Below are positions 13,383 through 27,469 of a stretch of DNA of 64,000 bases, piece after piece. The stretch comes from Malacoraja senta (lineage: Eukaryota): contig CM075988.1 in assembly GCA_038087875.1 (NCBI GenBank), forward strand, positions 16,060,001-16,124,000, given 5' to 3'. The first letter of the stretch is position 1. Each line of letters opens with the position of its first letter. The notes under the pieces were generated by a model. The model made no database searches. It worked only from the letters and a program-made list of their open reading frames with translations, and had not been told where the DNA came from. Position numbers and translations under genes: made by a program.

Positions 13383-13531
13383 ATGTGTGTGTGGCACATC
13401 TCGGTAACTTGGGGTCAAGTGGTCCAGTTGATGTTTCACAACTTCAGCCTGGAGTCTGCTGGAGACTGTCAATATGACTTTGTGGAGGTGCACGACCAAG
13501 CCAGCAGTAGTCCCAGCACACTCATGGGCAG
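13383..13531 (+). CDS. MFRP: MFRP coding exon, CUB2 middle (phase 0-2)
   Basis: tacag acceptor, gtaaga donor; MCVWHISVTWGQVVQLMFHNFSLESAGDCQYDFVEVHDQASSSPSTLMG(R). Confidence 0.93.
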
Positions 13532-14432
13532 GTAAGATCTTCAAAATACCTACAAGATTAAATTAAAAGGAGGAATGTGGTGTAAAAGTGACCTGTCACC
13601 ATTGGGCATGAGAGCTAGTCTCAATTTGGCAAGGTCATGCATCTACACAACAGGGAAACTGGCCCTCGGGCCCAACTCGTCCACGCCAACCTCATTGCCT
13701 AACTGAGCTTGTCCCATTTGCCTGCACCTGGTCCACATCCTACCATACCTATGCATTGTAAGGTGTCCTTGGGTTTTAGAAAGGCGCCAGTAAATAAATG
13801 ATTATTATTATACCTTTCTATTCATGTACCTGTCTAAGTATCTTAGAAATGTTATGATTATACTTGCCTCTACCACTGTGGCAGCTTGTTCCACATACGT
13901 ACCAACCTCTTAATGTTGCCCCCTGTCCCTTTTACAGTATTTTTTCCCCCCTCTCACCTTAATGTCCTCTCATTCTATATGGCTCAACGCTGGGGGAAAA
14001 GACTGGCTGTTCACTTTATCTACGCCTCAAATATGACCAGCATTTGGATCCACCCCGCATAGACATTCTCCATGTTCAGATGGAGAATGGATTGTCTACA
14101 GCTGACTTGAAGCACAATCTCTTACATCGTAGGAGGGTTAGAATTATAATCTGTTTCAGACCTCCCTGAACAATGTTTTAAATCCAAGAGGTGTGGGAAC
14201 GATGCTCGGAATGACAAGTGAGGTCTATGCAGTCCTCCTAATACCCGCTTGCTCTGTCTGGGTGGGACGTGGAGGAGGGTGGGGGCAGTGAGGTGAGGAG
14301 GAGGTACAGAGAACAGTGGTCGTTTGGTGGAGAGAAGCATTATTGGTTTCAGAATTCTCAGCTACATAAGATTATGTGGGCAAAAATTGGACTGAAAATC
14401 CTCAATGTTTAACTGGTCTTTTTCTTTTGAAG

Positions 14433-14563
14433 ATACTGTGGGGACTCCCTGCCTCCAATACTGACTTCCCCCCAACACGAGATGTTGGTTATTTTTGTAG
14501 CTGATGAGGGTGAATCAGATGAGGGGTTCTTTGCCACCTATCAGGCTGTCAACAAAAGCCAGG
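14433..14563 (+). CDS. MFRP: MFRP coding exon, CUB2 end (phase 2-1)
   Basis: polypyrimidine tract plus gaag acceptor, gtaaga donor; YCGDSLPPILTSPQHEMLVIFVADEGESDEGFFATYQAVNKSQ. Confidence 0.92.
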
Positions 14564-15345
14564 GTAAGAAAGACTGTAGCATCATCTTGTACTTGCACCC
14601 AAAAACAAGCCTTGTGGGGTCCTATTTACTAATCACTTCTATTTAATATTTTTGGGTTATTTGCTTTCTTCCTTGGCTCTGCAACGTTCCTGGGAAAGAA
14701 AACAAGTGTTTGAGTTTCTCTCGCGATGCTTTGTTCTGCACCACTGATGATATGTGATTGAGGTCATCCATAGAGGTGGTCTTTATTACTTCGCAGAAGC
14801 AGGTGTGGGTCCCACCAAACCTAAAATCTGATCCATCGTTGAGTAAGATAATGGCTGACATTCTTCACAGCCATGTTCCTGCCAGGTCCCAAGTCCCTGG
14901 TAGTCCAAAATACAGAATTCCAATTCCAGGATATATGTCCGAGTCCACAACTCTATGTTGTGCGTTGTGTGTCACAGGTAAAGGTCGGTGAATGTTTCGC
15001 GAGGGACTATGAGCTTAACCTACCATTTCACCTCAGTTTCTTCGGGTAAAGGCAAAGGTTACTATTTTTGAATGCAATTTTAACACGGCAATGTCGTATT
15101 GTTATTTCATGTCATGTTGTTTCAATGTTGAGTTGATGTCTTCCTTTTCGTTCTATAAATTGCCCTTCTTTGGATATCCATCAGCATTTTTTTTAAAGAA
15201 AGAAAAAGAGGGAACTGGAAATGGAGAAAGAGAAAACGAGGTTTTATAAAATAAACCTTCATCCTTGCATTTCACTATCTCATGATGTTCTAGAATTCTT
15301 CAGTCATTAAGTACTTTTGAGGTGTGAACACTTTTAATATAGGCT

Positions 15346-15436
15346 CAAAGATAGACACAAAAAGCTGGAGTAACTCAGCGGGACAGGCAGCATCTCCGGA
15401 GAGAAGGAATGGGTGACGTTTTGGATTGAGACCCTT
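15346..15436 (-). mobile_element. Penelope-derived mini-element
   Basis: 15-bp TSD CTTTTAATATAGGCT at 15331-15345 and 15437-15451. Confidence 0.78.
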
Positions 15437-15780
15437 CTTTTAATATAGGCTTGGCAGTTTGTATTTTCTCAGAGATGGGAGGAGTGGGCAAGACATCAGC
15501 TGAACACTTCCACTAGGAATGTAGTGGATATGACATGATATGTAGCTTCAAAGCTGAATGAGCCAAAGGAATAGAATACAAAATGTAAAATTCAAGTCCC
15601 TTTTCTTTTGAATCAACCTTTTGTGATGTATCCTAAAGATTTGTTTGTGTCTGTGATTTGCTATGACTTTGGTCGACTCAAATCCTTTTCATCTTGACTC
15701 CAGGACTTTCTATTTCTATTTTAGTGATATTTGGGAACAAATCAAGTTGTAAGCACCGGGCTTAGTAGCTGACACAATGT

Positions 15781-16085
15781 TTAGTTTAGAGATACAGTGC
15801 GGAAACAGGCCCTTGGGTCCACTGAGACCGCGCCGACCAGCGATCCCTTCGCACTAACACTACCCTACACATACTAGGGACAATTTACAATTGTACCAAG
15901 CCAATTAATCTACAAAACTGTACATCTTTGGAGTGTGGGAAGTAACCGGAGCACCTGGAAAAAAACCCACGCAGGTCACGGGGAGAAGGTACAAACTCCA
16001 TACAGACAACACCCAAGGTCAGGATCGACCCCGGGTCTCTGGCGCTGTAGGGCAGCAACTCGGCCGCTGCGCCACCGTGCCGCCC
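15781..16085 (-). mobile_element. V-SINE copy
   Basis: reverse complement of the SINE consensus. Confidence 0.85.
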
Positions 16086-16159
16086 TTATGTCACACTGCC
16101 ATGTCAGACTGTGTTAAACCACTTAGCCTGACCATTCTTCCTTGGTACTTCTTTCTCAG

Positions 16160-16294
16160 TGGCATGCAGTCCTCATGAGTTCAGCTGCATAAACGGGCAG
16201 TGTGAAGCGATGCAGTGGGTATGCGATGGATGGAACGACTGCTCAGATGGGAGCGATGAGATGAACTGCACTAACGTCACGCATCTGCCTTATG
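16160..16294 (+). CDS. MFRP: MFRP coding exon, LDLa repeat 2 (phase 1-1)
   Basis: ttctcag acceptor, gtatgt donor; [45 protein letters not shown]. Confidence 0.93.
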
Positions 16295-16356
16295 GTATGT
16301 GCATGTGGGGATTTTAAATGGAACCATGACACGTAAGAGCCAGCATACTTAGTAAC

Positions 16357-16686
16357 TTAGACTTTAGACTTTAAAGACTTTAGACTTTCGAGATACAGCA
16401 CGGGAACGGGCCCTTCGGCCCACCATGTCCACACCAACCAGTGATCACCACGTAAACTAACACTATCCTACATATTAGGAACAATTTTATAACTTATCAA
16501 AGCCAATTAACCTACAAACCTTTATGTCTTTGGCTTGTGGGAGGAAACCGGAGCACCTGGACAAAAACCACGCGATCACAGGATGAACATACAAACTCTA
16601 TACAGACAGCACCCGTAGTCAGGATCGAACCCAGGTCTCTGGTGCTGTAAGGCAGCAACTCTACCGCTGCGCCACCGTGCCGCCCT
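16357..16686 (-). mobile_element. V-SINE copy
   Basis: reverse complement of the SINE; (AAAGTCT)n tail. Confidence 0.85.
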
Positions 16687-17073
16687 ACTGCTGGACAAGT
16701 CTAGACTGCGGTCCATGTAACTCATTTTTACATTCCTGGTAGCAACTTAATGCAATGACAGCATTATTGACTCATTCTGGGCATCAATCCTAATCGATTT
16801 GTATATAACAAGGGAGGCACTGTCTCACAGCTCCGGTGGACAGTATTATCTGTGTGCAGTTTGCTATTTTCCCTATGACTATGCAGGCTTCTCCTCAGTG
16901 ATCTGGCTTCATTCCACATCCCAAAGACACGCTGTAGGTTCATTGGCTACTGTAAATTACTCCAGGTATTGGTGTGAGAAGATAAAGGACACAAGAGAAA
17001 AAAATTGATTACAAGGAAGTAAGTAATTGATGGGATTGGTGGTATGTCACAATAAAGTATGAAACTTTAATTC

Positions 17074-17398
17074 AGGCGGCACAGTGGTGCAGCAGTAGAG
17101 TTGCGGCCTTGCAGTGCCAGAGACCAGGGTTCAATGCTGACTACGGGAGATGTCTGTATGGAGTTTGTACGTTCCCCCTGTGATAGCATGGGTTTTCTCC
17201 AGGTGGTCCCGTTTCAGCCCTCACTCCAAAGATGTACAAGCTTGTTTTGAAGGTTAACTGGCTTCTAAAGTTCTAAATTGTCCCTCTTGTGTAAGATAGT
17301 GCTTGTGTTCAGGTTGATCGCGGGTCGGCGCGGACTTGGTAGGCCAAAGGCCCTGTTTCCGCACTGTATCTCTAATATCTAAAGTTTAAAGTCTAAGC
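17074..17398 (+). mobile_element. V-SINE copy
   Basis: SINE head, body and tail. Confidence 0.82.
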
Positions 17399-17779
17399 TT
17401 GAAACCCATGAATAAGGCAGGGATAAACTTGGTGATGGAAAGATTTGCGTATCATAGATCCCTATCCGCTGATTTCTCCTGTGAGGCTACATTTACCACA
17501 ATGCTATGAGTCAAATTATTCATTTGGTTTATCCCAAAATATTTCCCGAAAGAAGATTATATGACTTGGATTAATTAATACTAACTAGTTCCCACATCTG
17601 TTGTACGAAGAGACTTGACTACGCTCTCATTGAAATCATGTGCATTTTAAATGTCACTTCAAGTGCAGGGCGTGTTCTCTGCCTCTGTATTTAAAAATGT
17701 ATTTCATAACATAAATGTTTATCATAACTCAGTGTCTTCAGAAATTAAGTGATTTATTTTGTAAAGTCATGCTGAATGA

Positions 17780-18160
17780 AGACAACAGTGAGGCCACACA
17801 CAAACTGGTGGAACAACACTTTGTATTCTGCTTCGGTAGCTTACAACACAATGGCATGAACATTGAATGCGCTAATTTCAAGTAATACGTCCATACCCCT
17901 TTCTGTTTCCTTTGCCTCCCCACCTTGGTGCACATCCATTCCCCTACTATCCCCTGCCCCACTAGTCACGGTGCCCCTTTCCCCTCTTTCATACACCAAT
18001 CCCCCGTCCCCAGGTCCCTTATTATCCATTTATCCCCATTTTTTCCCCTCACCCTGTTCTTTTGCACCTTAAGGCTTTATATTAAATTCCTCTCTTTAAC
18101 TGACACCCTTTATCTCCTTTTCACCTCTAGCCTTTGTCACTTACTCCACCTACCTGCATT
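17780..18160 (+). mobile_element. Degenerate Penelope 3' fragment (end of GIY-YIG plus pyrimidine-rich 3' region)
   Basis: SEATHKLVEQHFVFCFGSLQHNGMNIE resembles the 36605-36950 GIY-YIG tail SEAKRKLEEQQLIFRLGSLQPSGMHID. Confidence 0.65.
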
Positions 18161-18837
18161 TAGTGAAAAAATAATATCGGCCAAAATTTTGTTCATATCG
18201 CCATCTAAACTGGAATGTTGAACGCAGATGTTGACTATGAAAAGAATTACGTTTCCATTTTAGAATTGCTTGTGCCTCAAAAAGGTACAAGTATATCCAG
18301 GAGAGAGTGTAAAATGGAAAAAGGTTAACCCTGCAGTGCATTTTGAGTTTCATGAGGGTTTTATGATTCTTGAAGGCCTTCGATAAAATATCTTCTTAAA
18401 ACAAAGTCTATGTTTTGAACATAAATGCTAAACCTTATATTTTATTCCTTTGTATCTAGAAGTTTGGACACAAAGTGCTGGAGTAGTTTAATGAGTCAGG
18501 CTATGTCACCTATCAATATTCTCCAGAGATGCTGCCCGACCTGCCTAGCTACTCCAGCACGTTGTGTCTTCTTTTGTAAACTAGCATCTGCAGTTCCTTG
18601 TTTCTACATTATCTATGCTGATGATGCTTTAGAGTTGAAATATCCACTTATACCCTAGCAACATGACAATGGACCTTAGGCTGAACTTGGTATCTTCTCA
18701 TCAATGATAGTACTCGGTGGTATATAGACCCAATGGTAATGAAGGAAGGTGGTGACAGAAATTTATGGATCTGCCTCATTACATTTAAATTGGATTTTTC
18801 TGGAACCTGTCCTGAATATTCTTCTCCTCTTTTCTAG

Positions 18838-18965
18838 AAACTGCCTGTGAGAAAATTGAAGTGGAGATGTGTCAAGGACTCGGTTATAATGAAACTTCAT
18901 TCCCCAATATCTGGCTTGAGATTCCAGATCAGAGAAGTGCTATTTCTACCCTGAAGGGTTACAAG
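18838..18965 (+). CDS. MFRP: MFRP coding exon, Frizzled CRD N-terminal part (phase 1-0)
   Basis: ttttctag acceptor, gtaaga donor; TACEKIEVEMCQGLGYNETSFPNIWLEIPDQRSAISTLKGYK. Confidence 0.94.
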
Positions 18966-20785
18966 GTAAGAGAACATGTTGTCCCTAACTATACTGATGA
19001 CATGACAAGAGATGCTGAACAGAATACTCAATGTAAAATAACCAAGCATCGGCGTCTGCCAAAGTGCACAGTTCCCACTTCTTTGAAATGTTTTACTAAG
19101 TGCATTGAGTTAGTGGACTTTGAGTTTGATATAGATCAGCAATGCTGTTTTGATAACCATCGCTTTGAAGACACTTTGAAGAGAAAGAAAATGTGTTATG
19201 CATTAGATTTGTCTGTGTGCTAAAGGGTAATGGGACTTATCAGGGAAAAATGAAAAGCCAGAATGCTTTGATTTTGTGAAAAGTTATGAAATATCCCGAA
19301 GTTACATCACATTATGAGCAATGAGAGATTCCATTCTGGCAAACACCTAGGAACGTTGAAATATTCAAATGTGATACCAACTTGCAATTTTATTACCTTG
19401 AGAAAAATATAAAATATTTATAATGTATTCAATCAGTTTATTGCAGCCTTACCCGGTATGGATTCAATGCCATGGGCAACTCTGTACAATTACATCTTGA
19501 TAGCAAAAGACAATCGTAAACACTTCCATTTCACTTCTCTGTAGTTAGTCTCTTGGCTGCTGTTGTTCTTCAGAGGCAGTTATCCCTCCCTGGCCATGTG
19601 GAAGGGTGAGTTTCAGATGTTTTGTTGCATCATTCCACTTGGAAACACAGGATAAGAGCCAGAGATCAGGATAAGAACACGTTTTAAAAATGCATGAATG
19701 CAAAAATGCGTTAGTCTGAAGAAGGGTCTCGACCCAAAACGTCACCTATTCCTTCGCTCCATAGATGCTGCCTCACCCACTGAGTTTCTCCAGCATTTTT
19801 GTCTAAAAAATGCATGAGGTGAATCATGTATTCATTAAGAGTAGATTACAGAAAGAAATGGAGATTGAGGGATATGTAGATTTAGGTTTATTATTGTCAT
19901 GTGTAACTAAAATGAGGGACAGTGAAACATTTGTTTTGCATGGATTCCAAACAGATCAGATATTATACATAAATACAATCAAGTCAAACTCAAGTATGTA
20001 GGAAGGAACTGCAAATGTTGGTTTAAAACCGAAGATAGACACAAAAGGTCGAGACCCGAAATGTCACCCATTGCTTTTCTCCAGAGATGCTATCTGACAA
20101 ACTCAAGTATAATAGGTAGAACAAAGGGGAAGGTGCAGAATACAGTTCCCGGCATTGTAACGCAACAGGTCCAGAGATAATGTCCGCATTGAGAGAGAGG
20201 TGAATTAACAGTACCCTAGCTTATGAATGGACAGTTCAGAAGCCTGATAAGGGGAAGAAGCTGTTCCTGAGTCTGGTGGTACACGCTTTCAAGCTTCTGT
20301 ATCTTCTGCCCAATGAGTGCGGGGAGGAGGAGGAGATGGCCGGGGTGGGATGGGATGAACAGTGATTTCAAACAGTGAAGTACGATTATTCCAAAGTTAC
20401 TAGATCTAGTGATTTATTTCTCTGTGGGGATTTGCTAAGATAGTGCTCCCAACAAATATTTATCTATATCCTTCCTGTGGGAACACATGACCTAGCTAAG
20501 TCACTATTTCTTGCTGTTTGGTTCTTGGGCTTTCATATCCTTTCCACTTTTATCATCTTCTGCAGAATAGTTGGGGAGAAGGCATGAGCATGGAGTTAGG
20601 AGGGAGAGATAGATCAGCCATGGTTGAATGGCAGACTTGCTGGGCCAAATGGCCTAATTCTACTCCTATCCCTTATGACCTTATGACTTTAGTTGGGTGT
20701 TTGATCCAGTCAGACAAGGTTCCAGTTCTAACTATTTGTAACTTGGATATTACAACACTAACAGCCTATTCTTTCCTTTCCACAG

Positions 20786-21013
20786 CTCCTGACGGGGTTG
20801 GTTTGCTATGAGAATCTTCGCGTGCTGACTTGCAGCATCTTTGTGCCCAAATGCACATGGGATGGTGGTGTCCTGCCCCCCTGTCAGTCTCTCTGCCTAT
20901 CTACTGAGAAACAATGCCAACATTCACTCGAGTCTCTGGGCATCATGTGGCCTTTTAACTGTAACCTTTTTCCAGATTCTGATGACCCCATTGAATGCGT
21001 GGGACCAATCTAA
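20786..21013 (+). CDS. MFRP: MFRP last coding exon, Frizzled CRD C-terminal part with TAA stop
   Basis: ttccacag acceptor; LLTGLVCYENLRVLTCSIFVPKC...PPCQSLC...WPFNCNLFPDSDDPIECVGPI*; CRD has 10 Cys across the two exons. Confidence 0.94.
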   Translation, partial: LLTGLVCYENLRVLTCSIFVPKCTWDGGVLPPCQSLCLSTEKQCQHSLESLGIMWPFNCNLFPDSDDPIECVGPI

Positions 21014-24000
21014 CGCACGGCCACATCTGTCTTGGACCCAGAAAGAGAAATTGTTTTCATTGCAACTCACTAACAACAGCATTTGGGAGACTGCATGAAC
21101 AAGTTTTGTCAAATGCTAACTACGTATTTCTTTGCTGAACTTGGACAATTTTTTTAAGTCCCCCCCCCACCCCCCCATGTGAAGTTTCATTCCTTCTTTG
21201 CTTAGACAAAGTCGGCATTGACGAGCTGAGTGGGTCTTGCAGATGTAGATGGGTGGATGCAGGTCTGGAATATCACACTTGTATTGGAACAATGTTTGTT
21301 CCGAGGCAAGGCAAACTACAGCAAAAGAATTTGCAGAGAACCAATTATTATCTGAAATATGGAGTCTTCATAACCACAAAATGTGTCTGTTTTAAAAAAC
21401 TCGTGCAAATCTTGGCTTCCTCATGGTGGCCCCTGCCGACCTCCCAGGCACTGATATTCTAACATGCACAAAGACGTTTGCTCTGTGATCTTTCATCATC
21501 GGTGGATCCCTTGGAGATCAAAGAAGAAACTTGTGGTATTGTGGGGTGAGGGGTTTATAAATTCGTACGTTCTAGGAGCAGAATTAGACAATTTGGCCCA
21601 TCAATTCAACTCCACCATTCAATGTATCTTTCATTCTCAACCCCATTCTCTTGCCCTCACCCCATAACATCTGATACCCTTCCTAATCAAAAAAGGTGAG
21701 ACTGGTGAGAGGAGACCGAGGTAGGAAGACCAGGTAAGTAGAATGGGTCTTAGAAGCTGCGAGGAAGGCAAGGATCACTGCTGACTTGTTGATTGAGTTT
21801 TGTACCACGTCTGATTTCTTCAATAGACCAAAGACTCGGAGAATATGGTGTGAATTTTATTTCTGGTGTTTGCTTTTGCTGAGAGGCAGGTCCTGAGAAG
21901 TGGGAAGTGGTCCACACTTTCTGGGGTCGCGCTGTGAACTGTTGTTGTTGGAATGCAGTGTGGTGTAACCAGGGCCGGGGGATGTTTGCCTTACAGATGT
22001 TGAGTGCGTGATCCATACTATCATATGCTTTAGTCATCACTATGCATACCCCGTAGCCTCTGTGCAAATGCACATCACATACAGAGAGGATTTGGCTGAA
22101 GAGTGCCAAAGTGTATTAGGTTGGTTTAAAATTTAATGGAAGACGGTTTATAAATGTTGGGTAAATGGGGAAAAAAGTCAATTTGTTTTCCAGTTGGTAT
22201 CACTCTGGTACTGGACAATTACTAATGCACCTTTCTCTCTGGATACTTCATACTCCTTCTGTACCTTTGGGCAGGCTTTTCTTTGGAGCAATTGCAGGCT
22301 CACATCTTGTTAACAACCACCCTGTGCATCACTGAATAACCCATTGATTCCTCAAGGACATGCATTGAATCAATTTGGAATTACCTCGTGAATGGGTGCT
22401 GTTTTTTTAAATATAGTCTCTGTATAAACTGTTCACACAACTCACTGAGAGCAAGACATTTGATCATGCCTGTAAATGCATCTCCTTGTCCAAGCAATGT
22501 CCATTATATCATATGATTTCAACATTCATGGAGTGCAAATCTAGCACTATAGTCTCCTAGACTGCATGTCTCTTTAAAAATCATCTCTATTGTGTCTTTC
22601 AAACCAATCGCCCCACATTTCAGCAGATGGAAGGGCAGCCTAGTCTGGCACCAAGCCAACGCATACCAGTGAGGTTTTGGGTATGATACAAAGTGTGTAT
22701 AGAGTCAGCTAATGCACGTGAAGAGTAATAACTTGGCTTCAGTAATGTTATAGTCAACAACGTCAGGAGGGAATAGTAGAAATGTGGAAAATGGTGGAGT
22801 GAAAGATAGCTTGACAAAACCACTTTGAACTTGGTGAAAACTAGCTGCGTTGCATAATTTTGCCAATTCAAGTAACTGATGAAATTTGGGTACAGAAATG
22901 AATTTTATTTTTACGTAGTTTCAGTTACTGGTCATTTTTACTTTAGGCTGCATTAAGACATGTGATGCCTCTCGTATTGTCTGATAAGTAGAATGAATTT
23001 TGAAAAGTTCTTGCATCTGTATAAAAATAAACTACAGATGGTGAAATCTGAAACAAAACCAAAAGCTCTCCTCAGTCTGTCACCTTAACTCTGTAATTTT
23101 CCACAGATGCTGTCTGACCTGCTGTTTCCAGCATCTTCTGTGTTTGTCTTGCATTTATGTAGTGCCCTGTTACTTTACTCAGCAGCACTTTGTGCACGAT
23201 AAATTATTTGATTATTAAGCAAGGAATCTTGATCCTAGGACAAGGAAATAACTTCAAATAATATTTTTAACATTCTTAGAAAGTCCTGGGTGAAAGAACC
23301 TGCATACCAGCTTAACATTTAAATTACAACACCTCTGTCAATAGAACATTTCCTCCGTTGGATTGCGATGTTCACTTCGAATATGTTGTTAATTCTTGGA
23401 ATAGAACTGAATATTCAAAGAGCAGTAGGTTTAGAGTTTTATGTGGTTATAACAGCTTTGATTATCTGTTTTAGTTCATACCCATTATCTTTAAAAAAAA
23501 AATTGAAAGAGGAGGGATTTGTCTTTATTCATTCAATTCCCCATTTAAATGTGCAATTCGGTCTGTTCTCAGCCTCTGTGTCTTTTCTTGACCTACTGTT
23601 TTTTGCTTTGCTATTCCTGGCTCTGCCTCTGAGCACATCAACCATTTCCTGGAGTCTGAGCCTATGAGCAAAACTTTACTCATTCCCTTTGAACTGTCGA
23701 GTGGAGAAGCCATCTGATCAGGAGACTTTGAGACGGCTAAGAACCATACTGACACCGGCTGTGGGTATTAAAGAACTATCATCAACTCTCTCACACTTCT
23801 TCCAGAAGTAAAACTGTGCACATTTATGGTGAGTTCTTTAACATATTACTTAAAGGGTGTTTCTTTGATTTCCATGGCATTGGAAGGAATGGAACTTAAA
23901 TCTTATTAACAATATCAGCACTTCCTTAACATGCTCCAGCTGTTGGGTATTGTGTCCCAGATGTTGGCCGTGGCTCGAGTTAAAATATTTTCTGTGGATA

Positions 24001-24594
24001 TACTGAAGTTAGACGGCGTTTAGAGAAGAGTTTTAACTATTGCAAATATGGACTCCCATTGCAGAGCAGTATTTTAGTTTGTAATAAACAGTTGAGAATA
24101 TGGAAAGAGTTTAATACATGGGTTCTTGTTTCACTTAATAGTAAAAGGATTGGGAGTTGATGTCATGAAGAATATTTTAATGGTTACATTTATTTCTAAG
24201 GCAAAAAAATGTTGACGGATGATTTGCACATTGTTGGAATGATCTATTTGGGTGTGTTATTTCCCACTACATGTGTTTAAAATGGTTGTCTAACTCTTAT
24301 AAACTTCACTTTGGCAGTTGAATGTTTTGTGGCAGGTTTGAGTTTATATTAGCAGAATTGAGATTGCTTTGGTCAAAACATTTCATAAACAGTACTGAGA
24401 AATAATAAGAGGCGTTCAAAGTTGAGCTTGCATTTCCTTTAATTAAGGAGCCTCGGCTTTGCAGTTAGACGGTGCTTTCAAGTCATTTAATAGAGGGCTC
24501 ATAACCTGCAACTTACTCCTGGTTCAGATTCCTGCCGTGCTCCCTGTTCAATGGATAGCAGCTTGTTGCAATACCAAAACTGTCATACCTCCTG

Positions 24595-24674
24595 TTAATC
24601 CTTTGATCGGCGTCCAATGAGATAAATCAAAGATCATTACTAGTTTAAGCAGACAGTTCCGTAAATCACGTGAT
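24595..24674. promoter_or_regulatory. Candidate RPE-type enhancer/promoter motif cluster
   Basis: TTAATCC (OTX/CRX), CCTTTGATC and ATCAAAG (TCF/LEF), CCAAT, ATCACGTGAT (MITF/TFE E-box) within 80 bp of repeat-free DNA. Confidence 0.35.
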
Positions 24675-26039
24675 GAGCGTTAACAGTCTCCTAGTTTTCA
24701 CTCTTCACAAATCCACCTGCCCCCTCCTCACCTCACCCTTCGTGTTTGCTGAAAGTGGAAGTCAATGTATTTAGAAATTTGAAGTGTGCACTAGAACGGC
24801 ACTGATGCAGGGTGTCATTGACGGTCTGTACACTGGCCAGCTACGTCGTTCTTGGTGTACATCAACCGGGTTTTGCACAGTTGCTCGGCCAGATATGTGC
24901 TACCTGCTCCTCCTTTTCCAAAGCTGAGCTACGAATGTCAATGGCCACAGGACCATTGGTGAGGGAAGAGGTTGGCCGTTGGTTGGCCTGGGACCAGATC
25001 ATTGCTGATTTGAAGGATGGTTGGAGGTTGAGACAATGTTGTCAAGAGCAGGACCTCAGAAGGGGGGGAGTCTGAAGAAGGGTTCGGCCTTGAAATGTCC
25101 CGTATTCTTTTTTTCATCCAGAGACGCTGCCTGATCTGCTGAGTTACTCCAGCATTTTGTGCCTATCATCAGAACAGGGCATTCATTTGGTGGGGGGTGC
25201 TTGGGCAGGGTGAAGGTGACTGACATTGTCAAATTGTTGGGCTGAAAGGCATTGGCGAATTGGGGTTGTAAGGTGAGGGAATTCACACTGGCAGCATTGT
25301 GGCAATAAATTGGGACCAGCAACATTGGGTTGGGATAAGATCGAATTAGAATTGGCAGCATTCAGGGGTTTGGCTCTAGCACACAGAGTGGGGAGCAGGG
25401 CTGCATTGATTTGGGTCAGGCAGCATTGAGGGTGGAATGAATTGCAGAGAGGCAGGAAATGGCATTGGGATTCACATCATTAGAAGGAAAGGTTGCAAAT
25501 GGCAGCATCGCTCTCAATACCACACCACGCTGACAACCCCTCATTATATTACCCTGTTTCCCAAAATTCGTGGGAAATGGGCAAGTGAAGATGCATTTTT
25601 GTGGAACATATTTTTAAATGATATAAAAGAGAGGCAATATCACACAGAACAGACATTATTCTCGCACTTGGGTCATAGGAGGCTTATTCAAAGAACTATC
25701 CACTAGGCATGTCACCCTGGCCCTTTTCCCATTATACTGCTTTTCTTTTGTCGACTTTCCTTTTGAATGTAACCATTGAATCTGCTTCGCTAACCTTTCA
25801 GGCAGTGCATGGCAGATCATAACAACTTGACAGATTAAAACAAAAATCATCTGATCATCCATTTGCTTCTTTTGCTGGTTTCTTAAATGGTGTTCTCTGT
25901 TACTGACCCTCCTGCCAGAGAAATCTCTTTTTTGTTGCTTTTACAAAATTCGGAATGATTCTAAGCATCTTTATTAATTTTCCCTTGACCTGCTTGGAGT
26001 AATCTGTTAAATAGGATAATCCCACTCACATAATGAAAG

Positions 26040-26290
26040 AATGTCAAAGATAGACACAAAATGCTGGAGTAACTCAGCGGGACTGGCAGCATCTCTGGAG
26101 AGAAGGAATGGGCGACGTTTCGGATCGAGACCCTTCTTCAGACTGATGTCAGCGGAGTGGGTGGTACAGGGATAAAATGTAGTCGGAGACAGTAAGTCTG
26201 GTAGGAGAACTGGGGAGGGGATGTAGAGAGAGGGAAAGCAAGGGCTACTTGAAGTTAGAGAAGTCAATATTCATACCTCTGGGGAGTAAG
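26040..26290 (-). mobile_element. Penelope pLTR/3' fragment with hammerhead-like core
   Basis: same repeat as 36290-36640. Confidence 0.7.
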
Positions 26291-26295
26291 CTTTT

Positions 26296-27439
26296 TTTTT
26301 ATTTTTTTTAAATTTATTTTTATTAGAAATATTTTACATTACAGTAATCTGCAATAATGTAAATTTATACAGTTCTTCTACCACTTCTGTTTTTCAACTT
26401 TATTAGAAAAAAAGGATAGAAAGAGCTAGCAAAGACAGTCAGTGAGTGAATGAAAAAGTGGTCCAGGAACACACATGTGAACCTAAACCACAAGAAACAG
26501 TTAAAGATGAAAAGAAAATAAGAGAAAAAAGAAAATAAGATAGGACAATATGAAAGGGATGTACCTACTTCTTATCTTTACTCACCCCTCGCCAGGTCCT
26601 AAAACCATTTATTATCAACATTTTGTTGCACCCTATGTTTGTAATAAGTCGATATATGGAGACCAAATCTTTTGGAATTGGTCTTGTTTACCTGCTAGGA
26701 GGAATCTCATATCTTCTAGATGTAACAATTCCGACATATTAGAAGTCCACATTTTTATTGTTGGAGCATTTTTCCAAAATTTCAGTATCAGTTTTTTGCC
26801 GTTATTAAGCCATAACTAAGAAAACTCCTTTGAAACGCAGGCAGCTCCAAACTTGCTTCTATTGTTCCAAAAATAATCAGTTCTGCATTCGGTTTCAGTT
26901 TTATTTTAAATAATTTAGTGAAAATTTCAAAAATTTAATTCCAATATTTTTGAATTTTTATACAAAAAACAAAAGAATGTGCTATAGTTGATTCTTGGAC
27001 TAGGCATTTATCACAGTTAGCAGAGGTATTTGGGTAAAATTTACTTAATTTAGCTTTTGAATAATATAATCTATGTAAAATTTTAAATTGAATCAGAGTA
27101 TATCTTACGTTAATCGAACATTTATGCACATATAATAGATGTTTATCCCAACTCTCTTTCGAGATTTTTATAGCTAGTTCCTGTTCCCATTCTCTTCTAA
27201 TCCCGTCCGATGATGGAATTTCTATATTTAAAATGGAATTATATAGGTATGATATTAAATTAGCTGATTCCGCTTTTATATTCATTATCCCATCTAATAG
27301 GTCAGGAGACATATTTTGATATTCTCGTGTATACTTTTTCAAATAGTCACGTAGTTGAAAATATTTGAAATATTGATTACTATTCAAGTTGTATTTAAGT
27401 TGTAATTGGTGAAATGTTTTAATTCCTACTCGGGGGGGG
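26296..27439 (-). mobile_element. 5'-truncated L1-clade LINE with poly(A) tail
   Basis: ORF2 C-terminus (QFKILHRLYY...CDKC...H..C); T-rich tail at 26292-26321; 15-bp TSD GGGGAGTAAGCTTTT; TT/AAAA target on the minus strand. Confidence 0.9.
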
Positions 27440-27469
27440 GGGGAGTAAGCTTTTAAACCAGTTATACTC

